A stretch of DNA of 64,000 bases, taken from the IMG/VR virus record IMGVR_UViG_3300029989_000005. One strand, given 5' to 3'. A program made the position numbers and the translations under genes. The DNA comes from a virus. Positions within the stretch are counted from its first letter, which is position 1. Each line of letters opens with the position of its first letter. This document shows positions 19,104 to 29,349 of the stretch, in pieces. The notes under the pieces are model-generated. The model searched no databases and was not told the DNA's origin. It worked only from the letters and a program-made list of their open reading frames with translations.

Positions 19104-20720
19104 TTAGATCAAATCGTAACCACCATCAACATTACTTTCAACAACGAAAGTCATGTATTGCGATTCAGGTTGTGTACCCGCAACAGCAATTTGGTAACGA
19201 GATTTAAGCAACGATTTCTGTGACATCAGACCTTCAACAACAGCCGAAATTTTTTCAGCCAAGATGTAAGGGCAGAAGAAAAGTCCTGGCTTACCTTCCA
19301 ATGATTTTTTGAAAGTAACGATACGACCATCGTTCAAATCCATCAGACCATCTTCATAAATTTTGATTCCGTTAACGTCACCAACCAAACCAAGGTTATT
19401 GTCACCACCAATTATGTTCATATCGGCGGGTGCAGCAGCATAACCTTTTACGTCACGAATTGATGTAGCATTTGTTCCATTCATAACAGATGTATCAGCG
19501 ATACCGTTACGACCACGATTTTTAACTATACTTGCTGAATAGTACATACGGGAAATAATCCTACGTTGTAATGTCGATAAATTTTCGGCAATAGCACCTG
19601 TAGCGGGAAGAACACCCTTAGAGCCTGCGATTGTTTTGGTTGTATCAGAAAGATCAACAAACGAATAATTGTTTGATGTTTCATCTGATGGAGCAATGTA
19701 ACAGTTAAGCGATTTTCCTGTTACGTTATTAACGTTAACGTGATGTTGCCATCCCGCAGCGAAAATGTAACTCAAAATATGGTTATTCAAAGATTGAGAA
19801 AGTGCATCCTGTAAAATGGTATCACCAAATTCCAACATGTCAAAATCATGATCCATTTTGGCATCCTGAATTTGCTCAATAGTGAAATCAACAGTAGCAT
19901 GGAATGTTCCCGCTGTAAAGTTGTCATTCCACATACGTGCCGAATAGTTGTTAACATTTGCTGTTTCACCAACTTCACGAGAAAGTGGACTAGCTAATGT
20001 TTTACCATTGTTACGAGAGGTAGACATTGGGGTAGTACCATCAAATCCCTGACCTGTAAACCCTGATACGAAATTGGTAAATCCGTTAACATAATCAACG
20101 GTTGCGGGGTCGTAAGTAAGACCATTAACAGGTGCTACTACAGCATCGATTATTTCGGCAACGGTTTTATCAGCAGAAGCGGGAGCAACGCTAACCAATT
20201 GGAAAATAATGTTTCCATTGTAATAATGTTTCCCAACAAATTTTAATGTTACATCACCGAGAACAACTGTATCACCCGCAGCATAAGCTGTTGTAGCAGT
20301 ACCCGTAGCTTTAACCTGAAATACAGGTAATCGGTTAGTTGTTGAGTCTTTTTTACCGCCAGCATAGATAGGTTCTGCAACAACTACCATAATAGACGAT
20401 TTGGTCATTGGAAGAGTTGTTAACAAATCAAGACCTGCCGTGGCAGCCGATACATCAACGAATACACCAAATAATTTCTGTAACATTTCAGCAGAACCAC
20501 GTGAGGTATCAGCTGAATCCAAAGGATTGTTACCAAAGCTAAATGCACCTTTACCAGGAGTATTTGCTGTAGTGGCGGCTTCAAAAACTGACCGAGTATG
20601 TGCCATCAAAGCAATAGTTTTGATTTTACTTTCGTTTACTTTCATACCTTTTTCGGCAAAACGTTTTTCCAATTTAGGAGTCCAACGTTCAAAGATTTTT
20701 TGTTTTACGTTTGCATTCAT
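19104..20720 (-). CDS. Major capsid protein (T4 gp23-like)
   Basis: FTIEQIQDAK..HDFD, IKIYED and GLFFCPYIL...LKSRY motifs; directly downstream of the prohead protease; biased codon usage. Confidence 0.9.
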   Translation of the reverse strand: MNANVKQKIFERWTPKLEKRFAEKGMKVNESKIKTIALMAHTRSVFEAATTANTPGKGAFSFGNNPLDSADTSRGSAEMLQKLFGVFVDVSAATAGLDLLTTLPMTKSSIMVVVAEPIYAGGKKDSTTNRLPVFQVKATGTATTAYAAGDTVVLGDVTLKFVGKHYYNGNIIFQLVSVAPASADKTVAEIIDAVVAPVNGLTYDPATVDYVNGFTNFVSGFTGQGFDGTTPMSTSRNNGKTLASPLSREVGETANVNNYSARMWNDNFTAGTFHATVDFTIEQIQDAKMDHDFDMLEFGDTILQDALSQSLNNHILSYIFAAGWQHHVNVNNVTGKSLNCYIAPSDETSNNYSFVDLSDTTKTIAGSKGVLPATGAIAENLSTLQRRIISRMYYSASIVKNRGRNGIADTSVMNGTNATSIRDVKGYAAAPADMNIIGGDNNLGLVGDVNGIKIYEDGLMDLNDGRIVTFKKSLEGKPGLFFCPYILAEKISAVVEGLMSQKSLLKSRYQIAVAGTQPESQYMTFVVESNVDGGYDLI

Positions 20721-20764
20721 GATTATGAATTTAATAAGTTTTAAAAAAATTGTTTATTTGTTTG

Positions 20765-23191
20765 TTACAGTCCAACCATCCGTTTGATGTAGTCATCATC
20801 ATAGTCGAAATTAGTTCCCTCAAAAATAGCTACGTTGTTAATACCTTTGTCCAAGTTTAATGATTCCCAAATTGCTTCGAGTTCCAAATTAGATTTTGGG
20901 TTTTTAAATGCAACATAAGCTAAAATTTCGTTTTGTGTTTTGGAAGCCAAGGATTCAAAAACATTACTATATTTCTGAGGAATTTCATTTAATACAACAC
21001 TATTCTTACCTGTTGATCTTATATTCCCCTTAACGGCATTGGCGATTATTTTGTTTATACTATCATCAAGTTTTTCAAAAACTTGCTTTCTTTTGTTAGC
21101 AAGCTTCTTACTTTCGTTAATAGTATTACTTTGTTCTGTTTGTAATTGTCCTGTTGCATTTACTGAATTTACTATAGCATTACTATATTCAGTAATGCTA
21201 TTAAGCCTTACTTGCATTACAGCAATTTGTTCAGACATGCTAGCTATAACAGAGCTTTGACGTTCAACCTGAGTATTAACAGCATTAAATGTTTCAGAAA
21301 TAACATTCATATATTCTGTTATAGAATTTACCCGTTTTGAAATTATATTTACTTTGTTTAAGCTTGATTTATTAGCCAAATCGACTTTTTGTGCTACAGA
21401 TTCAATAGTAAGTTGATTTTGACCTTGTATAAAAGATTCAATAGTTTCATCATCATCGCCTTCAACCATATCGTAATCAGTACCATAAAGGTCGTTGAAA
21501 TTTTGTATTACACCAACTTTATCAGAGGAAGGTGCATCAGATGTTGTAACAAAATTTTCAGCATTTTGTACCTCTTCCGACTCTTTAATGTATTTCGACC
21601 TTAAATTTTCATTAACGCTTTTGACCTTATCACAAGGAATAGAGCCAATCAATTTATCACCTTTTGAAACCTCAATAGATTCATTGACTTTCTTAAGTTC
21701 AAATTTACCTACAATTACAGATTCATTGATTTTTAATACCTTTTGTGCAGCCTGATTAAACTCTTTAAAGGATATATAGTCCATGCAATTTGTGAGCCCA
21801 CCCAAGGTTTCATCACTTTCATAAATTCTACGGAATGTTTTATTAAATTTTCTTATTAAAGATTCGTTGACTTGGCTTTGATTCCATTGATGAGAATCAT
21901 CATTAGATTTATCAGCCTCATAATCTTCCACCATTTTATCTGTAACCTCTTTAGCCGCTTCCTCCTCAGATATTCCATCAGTATCCGCTATTTGCTTGAT
22001 AAGTTTTTTCTTTGATTCCTCAAATGTATCGGATTTTTTTGCTTCTTCTTTTTCGTTAACTACATCACCCATATCCTGTTCAACAATGTCAATAACTTTG
22101 TCAAATACCTCAGCATCATCAAGTATGGCATTTATTCTGTCAACAGTTGTATCTGTGACAGATTTTGCAACATCTTCGATTGGTGCACCTGTTGCATCGA
22201 CTATTAAAGCAACGATATCTTGTTTATCAAGTGTTTCATCCTCATTTACTTTCAAACGTTTCAAACGCTTGTTAAATTTTGATTCATTTACTTTGAATCT
22301 AATTTGTGGTTTCAACGATTTTGATAAAATAATTAACGATTCATTGATTTTGCCAATGGCAAAATCAAATTCTTTTTTACCAACAGTTTCCATAATATTT
22401 TGGCTGTTTTTATATTGTTTTGTTTTTTCTTCGTTTGGTGTGAAATCATCAGGTTTTTCCATCAAGTACACCATTGCTTGATTTTCGGTTGGAAAGCACT
22501 GTTTTGTATCTTCCTGATATTCGGGAAGATCATTTATACTTGTTAAAGCTACCAACTTATCATTTTTGTAATCATAGACAATATGATAAGCTTCTGTTTT
22601 AGCTGTATTTTCAAAAATTTTAACAAATGATGAATGGTTTTCAACAGACTCAAGAACACGCAATAATTTGGCTTGCTTAAATCCTGGCTTGTAAACAATA
22701 TCAAAAGTATGAATATTATCCAAATGAACCTTACCATCTTTGTCTATTATACCCGATGCCCTAGATGAAATGAAAATAGGCATTTCAGCATCGGCACAAG
22801 CTTTTGCATCTTTTCCCAAATGAGTGTCAAGTAATTTAATTCTTATTTTGACTTGTTTTGTTTCTATCTCATACCACAGGGCTAATATGATATGCGAAAG
22901 CTCCCTCATTTTAGGTGTGAAAATATCTTTTTCATCATCCTCTGCATCCTCAGGGTGGTCTAAACTTCCCGCCAATGATTTTTGTGCTATTTGTTCAGCT
23001 AAAGAACCATTAACAAAGCCTAAATATTCTTCCTCGTCATATTCTCTTCCGTTTCTGTTCCTTTCAGAAAAATCAGCACAGATACCTTCAAATATATAAT
23101 CATTATACACCCCTGTAGAACTCTCATTTATCCGCTTCATTGCAATTTTGAAGCTTTCAAAGATCATTACATGTTGAGTTGTAGGAGTCAT
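20765..23191 (-). CDS. Prohead protease (gp21-like) fused to a scaffold/core protein (gp22-like)
   Basis: NRNGREY, GSLDHP, SHII, DTHLGK, ISSRASG and TFDIV..PG motifs, followed by about 600 aa of acidic/coiled-coil sequence with many xxES motifs. Confidence 0.9.
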   Translation of the reverse strand: MTPTTQHVMIFESFKIAMKRINESSTGVYNDYIFEGICADFSERNRNGREYDEEEYLGFVNGSLAEQIAQKSLAGSLDHPEDAEDDEKDIFTPKMRELSHIILALWYEIETKQVKIRIKLLDTHLGKDAKACADAEMPIFISSRASGIIDKDGKVHLDNIHTFDIVYKPGFKQAKLLRVLESVENHSSFVKIFENTAKTEAYHIVYDYKNDKLVALTSINDLPEYQEDTKQCFPTENQAMVYLMEKPDDFTPNEEKTKQYKNSQNIMETVGKKEFDFAIGKINESLIILSKSLKPQIRFKVNESKFNKRLKRLKVNEDETLDKQDIVALIVDATGAPIEDVAKSVTDTTVDRINAILDDAEVFDKVIDIVEQDMGDVVNEKEEAKKSDTFEESKKKLIKQIADTDGISEEEAAKEVTDKMVEDYEADKSNDDSHQWNQSQVNESLIRKFNKTFRRIYESDETLGGLTNCMDYISFKEFNQAAQKVLKINESVIVGKFELKKVNESIEVSKGDKLIGSIPCDKVKSVNENLRSKYIKESEEVQNAENFVTTSDAPSSDKVGVIQNFNDLYGTDYDMVEGDDDETIESFIQGQNQLTIESVAQKVDLANKSSLNKVNIISKRVNSITEYMNVISETFNAVNTQVERQSSVIASMSEQIAVMQVRLNSITEYSNAIVNSVNATGQLQTEQSNTINESKKLANKRKQVFEKLDDSINKIIANAVKGNIRSTGKNSVVLNEIPQKYSNVFESLASKTQNEILAYVAFKNPKSNLELEAIWESLNLDKGINNVAIFEGTNFDYDDDYIKRMVGL

Positions 23192-23206
23192 AATTTGTTG
23201 TTTTTG

Positions 23207-23219
23207 TTTTGATTATTTA
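23207..23219 (-). promoter_or_regulatory. Putative late promoter TAAATAATHAAAA
   Basis: The same 13-mer lies upstream of the genes starting at 23191, 32551, 35900, 40381, 47606, 50833 and 52802; resembles T4 TATAAATA. Confidence 0.6.
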
Positions 23220-23358
23220 TTACTATGTCCATTTAATAATATATCAAATTATACACGGCTTCCATACCCCAAATTATTAAGTTTCTACATATAGATATTA
23301 AATTGAAATATGAAAATAATAATTAAACGGCAATATAAATAATAAAACACTTAACATT

Positions 23359-23586
23359 ATGTGGAATTGCACTGTAATTGAAAACTGTCTGAATCACCAA
23401 ATCGATAAAATGATGTTCGATTTCGGCAATGGAATCTTGCTAGTAACTGATTGTGAAACAAAAATAACTACAAGATATCACGGAAAAATAACAGTCCGTG
23501 AATATATAGATTGTTTTACCTTTAACGATGTAAATTCATTGGTTAAAAGCCTATCAGAGGAAATAATCAAGAAAAAAATGGTATAA
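23359..23586 (+). CDS. Hypothetical protein
   Basis: 75 aa, first gene of a plus-strand operon. Confidence 0.55.
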   Translation: MWNCTVIENCLNHQIDKMMFDFGNGILLVTDCETKITTRYHGKITVREYIDCFTFNDVNSLVKSLSEEIIKKKMV

Positions 23587-23587
23587 A

Positions 23588-23791
23588 ATGGACAAAAATA
23601 AAACAAACCTTATAGAGGCATTAAAAAAAGAACGTGAAATATTTAAAAATAACGGTAAAGATACTACAGATCATGATGTAACTATTGAATATTTGGAAAC
23701 GGGCTTAACTAAAGAAAATCCTGATAAATTTGAATTACTTGATGCAGCAATTAATGATTATAAATGTCTGTGCTCAGATTATCTAAATTAG
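23588..23791 (+). CDS. Hypothetical protein
   Basis: 67 aa, coupled to the upstream gene. Confidence 0.6.
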   Translation: MDKNKTNLIEALKKEREIFKNNGKDTTDHDVTIEYLETGLTKENPDKFELLDAAINDYKCLCSDYLN

Positions 23792-23803
23792 TAAGAAATA
23801 ATT

Positions 23804-24355
23804 ATGGATGAAAATTTAGAGGATTTGTTCTTGTGTTATGGTAAATTAACCCGAAAGCAAATCATACATCATACATCTACAGGTACTTACTCCATACCTG
23901 TATGCCCTGTGTGTGGTGAAATATTAAAATGGAAAAATGGGAAGTATCAATCATATTGTTCTAAAACTTGCCAATACATATTTTTCAATTCAGAGGAGTA
24001 TAAGATATCTTTCAAGGAATTATCTATTAAAAAATTTAAGGTAGATAATCCTATGAAAAATGAAATGGTTCAAATATCTCAGCAAATATCAACATTTTCC
24101 AAATATCTTTCTAGAAATTATACATCATCTGATGAATATAAATCAGAAATAGAAAAAACAAGGACAAATGCTTTGAAATCAGATGGTTATTTTGAAAAAG
24201 GTTATAAATATATTGGATATTTAGGAAAAGGAAAACACAAATACTTTTGCCCTAATTGTGAGGAAACATTTGAAACCAATTTGTATAATAAGCGTAAAAA
24301 TAAATCAGAAATATGTACCAATTGCAACCCTGTGAGCTATTATAAATTGAAATAA
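23804..24355 (+). CDS. Zinc-ribbon protein, paralog of 7187..7975 without a nuclease domain
   Basis: CPVCG, YCSKTC, CPNC and ICTNCNP motifs. Confidence 0.6.
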   Translation: MDENLEDLFLCYGKLTRKQIIHHTSTGTYSIPVCPVCGEILKWKNGKYQSYCSKTCQYIFFNSEEYKISFKELSIKKFKVDNPMKNEMVQISQQISTFSKYLSRNYTSSDEYKSEIEKTRTNALKSDGYFEKGYKYIGYLGKGKHKYFCPNCEETFETNLYNKRKNKSEICTNCNPVSYYKLK

Positions 24356-25509
24356 TGACAAGAAAGATAATTTATGGAAACTCAGAGGAAGAATTAAAAA
24401 TCATGCCAAATGACAGTATTGATTTAATAATTACATCCCCACCTTATGCTAACAGAAGAAAAATGGTATATGGCGGTATTAATGAAAATGAATATATAGA
24501 ATGGTTTAGACCTATTGCCATTGAAATAAAAAGAATATTAAAACCAACAGGCAGCTTCTTTCTCAATATAAAACCACATATAAAAGACGGTGAAAGAAGT
24601 TTATATGTGTTCGACCTCATTTTAATGTTAAAACGAGAAATAAATTTTTATTTCGTAGATGAATATTCATGGGTAAAGCAAGCGTTCCCTATTGGAAACC
24701 ATGGTAGATTTAAAAATGCTTTTGAGCCTGTATATCACTTTACAAAGTCAAGCCCTAATGGCATTACATTCAATCCATTGGCTTGCGGTACTAAAGTAAG
24801 TGATGAAACAATAAAAAGAGCAGCTAGGAAAAACTGCAAAAAATCAACCAATGGTGCTGTTATGGCTGTAAATCGTACAAATATGGGTGATTTGGAGCTT
24901 GCTAGACCATCTAACATAATTTATGCTTATAATATAACCAACCAATCTAGTAAAAAAATGAATCACAGTGCCGTATTTCCTGAGCAACTGGTGGAATTTT
25001 TTATTAAATCATTTAGTAATGAAAATGATTTAGTACTTGATATGTTTGCAGGTAGTGGTACAACAGGTATAGCATGTGATAAATTGAATAGAAATTTTAT
25101 AATGATTGATAAAGAAGAAGATAATATACATCTTATGGAACATCTTATTAATAAAAAAGATTACATACCAATATTTGTTAGAAACAAGCATAATTTACCT
25201 GATAATTTACCTAATCTTATTTATATAGGTAGAGGCTCTGCATTCGGAAATCCATATTCTCAAAAAGAGGACACAAAAGCCGAATTTGTAGTTTCATCAA
25301 GAACCGAGGCAATAGAATCTTATAAATTATATTTTAATAACAAATATGAATCAGATTTAATTTTCGCAAGTGAGGTTAATAAATTAATCAATATATATGA
25401 TTCAGGTGAGGATGTAAATCTTGTTTGTTATTGTAAGCCAAAGGCATGTCATGGTGACTATATAAAGCAATTTATAATATCTCATAGTGGAAAATTAAGC
25501 CTATTTTAA
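24355..25509 (+). CDS. Beta-class N4-cytosine/N6-adenine DNA methyltransferase fused to a C-terminal DUF4326-like domain
   Basis: TSPPY, HSAVFP and DMFAGSGTT, then YIGRGSAFGNPY...LVCYCKPKACHGD. Confidence 0.85.
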   Translation: MTRKIIYGNSEEELKIMPNDSIDLIITSPPYANRRKMVYGGINENEYIEWFRPIAIEIKRILKPTGSFFLNIKPHIKDGERSLYVFDLILMLKREINFYFVDEYSWVKQAFPIGNHGRFKNAFEPVYHFTKSSPNGITFNPLACGTKVSDETIKRAARKNCKKSTNGAVMAVNRTNMGDLELARPSNIIYAYNITNQSSKKMNHSAVFPEQLVEFFIKSFSNENDLVLDMFAGSGTTGIACDKLNRNFIMIDKEEDNIHLMEHLINKKDYIPIFVRNKHNLPDNLPNLIYIGRGSAFGNPYSQKEDTKAEFVVSSRTEAIESYKLYFNNKYESDLIFASEVNKLINIYDSGEDVNLVCYCKPKACHGDYIKQFIISHSGKLSLF

Positions 25510-25521
25510 ATATAAATTTGT

Positions 25522-25926
25522 ATGAGTTGTATAGAATGTGGTAATAAAAAAACTGTACCGAGAAGAAAAATCTGTTATCAATGTAGATACAAGAGGTCAA
25601 AAATTTCTCAGCCTATACATCTAGCATATTATTCGTTAAAATATCACGCAAAAGAAAGGAATAAAGAATTTTCATTGACATTTGAACAATTTGAGCAATT
25701 CTGTGTTAAGACAAATTATATAAGTAAGAAAGGAATCAAAAAGAATAGCTATCATGTTGACCGCATTATAGAAACAGAAGGATACAATATTGGCAATATA
25801 CAATTATTAACAAATTCAGATAACATACGGAAGTATATCAAATTTGTAAGAATAAATGAATTTAATAAAAAAGAATTTACAGTTGAAACAGTAAATTATA
25901 AAATTGAAATCACAGCACCATTTTAA
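25522..25926 (+). CDS. HNH-like endonuclease
   Basis: Two CxxC pairs and HVDRI...GY..GNIQ...DN. Confidence 0.65.
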   Translation: MSCIECGNKKTVPRRKICYQCRYKRSKISQPIHLAYYSLKYHAKERNKEFSLTFEQFEQFCVKTNYISKKGIKKNSYHVDRIIETEGYNIGNIQLLTNSDNIRKYIKFVRINEFNKKEFTVETVNYKIEITAPF

Positions 25927-25945
25927 ATATAAAATTAAAAACATT

Positions 25946-26932
25946 ATGGCAGAACAATTGTTTATAAACAGATTTGAACCAAAAGGAATTAATAATTTCG
26001 TTATACCACAACGTATTAAAGACCTTTTCATTGATGAAAATAATGATGAAAAAGAATTATCGGGTAATTACCTTTTTTATGGCACTCAGGGTTGTGGTAA
26101 ATCGTCATTAGCCAAGAAAATTTCAAAAAGCTACAGACACTTATATGTAAATGCTGCCATGTCGGCACGTATTGACTATCTTCGTGATGTAATTGATGAA
26201 TTTGTAAATGTTCACCAAATTATTGATAGCGATGATATTAAATTCAACAGGAAGATTGTTATACTTGATGAAGTTGGTCAGGTGGTTTCTGATACATTTT
26301 GGGAAGGATTAAAAGGATTCATTGATATGTACCAAGAAAACGTGTCGTTTGTGTTTACAACCAATTTTTTTAATAAAGTTCCTGACCCTATTAAATCACG
26401 GTGTAACAGCATTAATTTTAATTACTTGGATTCATCAGAGGAGGAAATATGTAAAAGGGGCTACTTATCTAGAATGAAAGGTATAGTAACAAAATTAGGC
26501 ATTGAGCATGAAAATTCAGATATTATACGGATAGCTGATAAGTTCTTCCCTGATTTCCGTCAAACATTGGTTTACTTACAATCACTTGATAAATCAGGTA
26601 TTAAATCGCTTTCAGCTCAAACATTACAAAATTTTGAAATGAGGTTTGTTGACGTTTATGAACTGATACTTAATTCTAAATCATCCACACCTGAGGCAAT
26701 TCATAAGATTATAACACAACAATATGCCGTTATTGCCGATGAAATTATTGCATCAATAGATGAAAAATTTGTTGGTTACATTCTTGAAAAGGATAAAGCC
26801 AAATATATGAAATTCATTCCTGACATCATTATATTAACAGCCGATTACTCATTCAAGCAGAAAATGGCTGTGGATGGTGGAATCTGCCTTAAAGCATTAA
26901 TTTTCTCACTTATTAAACTTATAAATAATTAA
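25946..26932 (+). CDS. Sliding-clamp loader large subunit (T4 gp44/RFC-like)
   Basis: FYGTQGCGKS, VILDE, SRC and FPDFR motifs; ATG at 25946. Confidence 0.9.
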   Translation: MAEQLFINRFEPKGINNFVIPQRIKDLFIDENNDEKELSGNYLFYGTQGCGKSSLAKKISKSYRHLYVNAAMSARIDYLRDVIDEFVNVHQIIDSDDIKFNRKIVILDEVGQVVSDTFWEGLKGFIDMYQENVSFVFTTNFFNKVPDPIKSRCNSINFNYLDSSEEEICKRGYLSRMKGIVTKLGIEHENSDIIRIADKFFPDFRQTLVYLQSLDKSGIKSLSAQTLQNFEMRFVDVYELILNSKSSTPEAIHKIITQQYAVIADEIIASIDEKFVGYILEKDKAKYMKFIPDIIILTADYSFKQKMAVDGGICLKALIFSLIKLINN

Positions 26933-26940
26933 ACACAAAA

Positions 26941-27285
26941 ATGGCTAAGAACACTGTAGAACCAATCTCATTCAAGGAAGTTGCTAAAGAAATAACCACT
27001 AGTTATGGTATGTCAGATGCATTCGCATTAAATATGCAATTACTTTTTGAACGTTGTTTTGACAACGAGGTAAAACAACGAGGATATAGAAGGACATCAA
27101 AAGTATCCAATGTTAAAACTGTAAAGGAAATGAAACATATTATTTCTAACAAGGAATATTGTCCACTTCCGATAGAGGTTATTCCAAACAATATGGGCAT
27201 TGACTTAAATCAGGTTGACACCATAGAATGGGAAAAGCAAATCGATGGTAAGTTAGTTAATCTTACTATTAATTTTATGGCGTAA
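26941..27285 (+). CDS. Hypothetical protein
   Basis: 114-aa ORF. Confidence 0.6.
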   Translation: MAKNTVEPISFKEVAKEITTSYGMSDAFALNMQLLFERCFDNEVKQRGYRRTSKVSNVKTVKEMKHIISNKEYCPLPIEVIPNNMGIDLNQVDTIEWEKQIDGKLVNLTINFMA

Positions 27286-27288
27286 ATT

Positions 27289-27951
27289 GTGGCAAAACTT
27301 AAGGAAACAGATTTATCAAAACCAATATCGAATTATTTTCAATCACTATTTCCCGATTGTGAAATTTTTTACGAGGTAAAGAGTTATGGCTCTCGTAAAA
27401 TAGATGTGGTGGTTCGCTCAAAGGAACAGTTGATAATATCTGTTGAACTTAAGTTAAGCCTAAATTTAAAAGTTATATATCAAGCACATACCAACACAGA
27501 ATTTTCTCATTACACCTTTATAGCTATCCCCAAGAAATCTGTAATGAAGATTAAAAAAGATTTCATAATATCAATATGTAGAGCACTAAATATAGGAATT
27601 CTTATAATCAGTAATTCGTATAATGAGTTTAAAACAGAATTGTATTTCCACGAAATCATAGAAAAAAATCCAAAGAAAAAATTAAAATTATTAGAGGGTC
27701 AAAAAACATTTTCTCAAGGTGGAGAATCGGGTGGGGCTTGTTATACTCAGTTCAAACAAACCTGTGAACATATAATAAAATTCCTCAATACCTGTGAAGG
27801 GAAATCATGCGAATTCGATTATCTTATTGATAGTATTGATCATCACTATAAAAACAAAACATCGGCAAAATCCTCGTTAAAGAAGTATATTGCCGATGGT
27901 GTAGTAAAGGGTGTTAAGATTGTAGGAAATGAAATAAGTATTATACCTTAA
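27289..27951 (+). CDS. PD-(D/E)XK nuclease-fold protein (DUF2161-like)
   Basis: KETDL..PI...YEVK...IDVV...VELKLSLNL.VI.QA. Confidence 0.65.
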   Translation: MAKLKETDLSKPISNYFQSLFPDCEIFYEVKSYGSRKIDVVVRSKEQLIISVELKLSLNLKVIYQAHTNTEFSHYTFIAIPKKSVMKIKKDFIISICRALNIGILIISNSYNEFKTELYFHEIIEKNPKKKLKLLEGQKTFSQGGESGGACYTQFKQTCEHIIKFLNTCEGKSCEFDYLIDSIDHHYKNKTSAKSSLKKYIADGVVKGVKIVGNEISIIP

Positions 27952-28366
27952 TTTGTTTCCATTGTACCATAAAATCATCAGGAATATCAATAGAAATAAC
28001 CTGCAGCAATACTCTTACTTTTTCCCAAGCAAGCACGTTGTATTCAAGTTTTGTGTGAAAGTCCAAGTCCTTATTAATTTCAATTTCCTCACGAAGTCTT
28101 TTAATGTGTTCATCGATTGTTTTGGCTGTTGTTTCAAGGCTTGTAGGATTTAGCATTGTTAAAACTGTTTGAACACAAGCATAAATAGATTGATGATCTT
28201 TAAGCTGTTCCTGAGCAATTTCAAGGTTTTGTTGATTTTCATCTGTACTTTCCGCTTCAAATTTTTCAAGTGATAGCTGTACCTGTTTACCACACATTTT
28301 GGTATTCCCCGCTATAACTTGGAACATAGCCGCTTTTTCTGATGGGTCGATTAAAAATTTTGACAT
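27941..28366 (-). CDS. Hypothetical helical protein
   Basis: 141-aa ORF. Confidence 0.65.
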   Translation of the reverse strand: MSKFLIDPSEKAAMFQVIAGNTKMCGKQVQLSLEKFEAESTDENQQNLEIAQEQLKDHQSIYACVQTVLTMLNPTSLETTAKTIDEHIKRLREEIEINKDLDFHTKLEYNVLAWEKVRVLLQVISIDIPDDFMVQWKQIKV

Positions 28367-28398
28367 TTAATTTTAATTTTAAAGATTTGTATAATTGT

Positions 28399-29337
28399 TT
28401 AATAAATTGATAGATTATTAATTCTACTAAATGTTTCTTCTGTACAGCAGAAAACCTCTCTTTTTAATTCTCTATATTCTCTAGCTATTGAATGGTTCTT
28501 AGAAAATTCAAAGGCAGCGGGAAAGTCAGGCGATATATTTTCTCCATATTCAGAGTAGAATATATTATAATCGCTGTTGTCTTTCATCCATTGAAAGAAT
28601 TCATCATAATTAAAACCTATACCATTATAATGAGATTTCTTGGATTTATATGGTATATCACAGTAAATTACTGAATCTTTAACTAGTTTAATATTACGAT
28701 AATCTTTATTAGAATACTGAATCTTTTTTAAATCATCATTCAGTTCCACATTTTTAACGCCATTGTATTTCTCTATATGCACAAGCCTAAATTTATTAAA
28801 CCTTTTGATATAAGACCTTTTTAATTCCAAGGTTTTTAAATTAGTTAAATCTTTCAGAATATCAAATTTTTCGGGCATCCATTTTTCAAAGCCATCAAAC
28901 GTAAAAATATAATCTAAATCCTTTTCATCAATAGTTTCATTTACAACTATATTATGAAAACATTCAGTTAATTTTTCCTTGTCTGTGTGGTATCCATAAG
29001 TTAGTAAATCACCACAGTATGAAAATACAGACCTTATTAATCCATCTCTAACAGTTTCATGAGCATCTTTAGATTTAAAAAACTGCTCTCTTGATATAAA
29101 TTCAGTTATTGCTAATGATGTATAAAATGTTCCATTGAATATACTTTCAACAGTAAGCTGTACATCTTTTTGTATGTCGTTATACAAAACTTTATCAAAG
29201 TATTTAGAGGCATAATAGCTCACAGAGCCTGAACCACCAAATAAATCTATGAATACTTCTGAATTTGGAAATCTGTGCTTGAATTCAGAAACAATAAAAT
29301 CAGCATTTTGCTGCTTACTACCTTTGTATGATAACAT
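28399..29337 (-). CDS. Dam-like (alpha/D12 class) DNA adenine methyltransferase
   Basis: YKGSK, DLFGGSGSV, YND, YCDIPY and SEY motifs. Confidence 0.85.
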   Translation of the reverse strand: MLSYKGSKQQNADFIVSEFKHRFPNSEVFIDLFGGSGSVSYYASKYFDKVLYNDIQKDVQLTVESIFNGTFYTSLAITEFISREQFFKSKDAHETVRDGLIRSVFSYCGDLLTYGYHTDKEKLTECFHNIVVNETIDEKDLDYIFTFDGFEKWMPEKFDILKDLTNLKTLELKRSYIKRFNKFRLVHIEKYNGVKNVELNDDLKKIQYSNKDYRNIKLVKDSVIYCDIPYKSKKSHYNGIGFNYDEFFQWMKDNSDYNIFYSEYGENISPDFPAAFEFSKNHSIAREYRELKREVFCCTEETFSRINNLSIY

Positions 29338-29349
29338 TGATTGATTGGC

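Noticed and set aside
16268-23099. Plus-strand ORFs inside the sheath, capsid and protease genes, and similar antisense ORFs elsewhere (e.g. 10997, 13943, 38430, 55953)
   Set aside because: Antisense shadows of well-supported genes, with no motifs of their own
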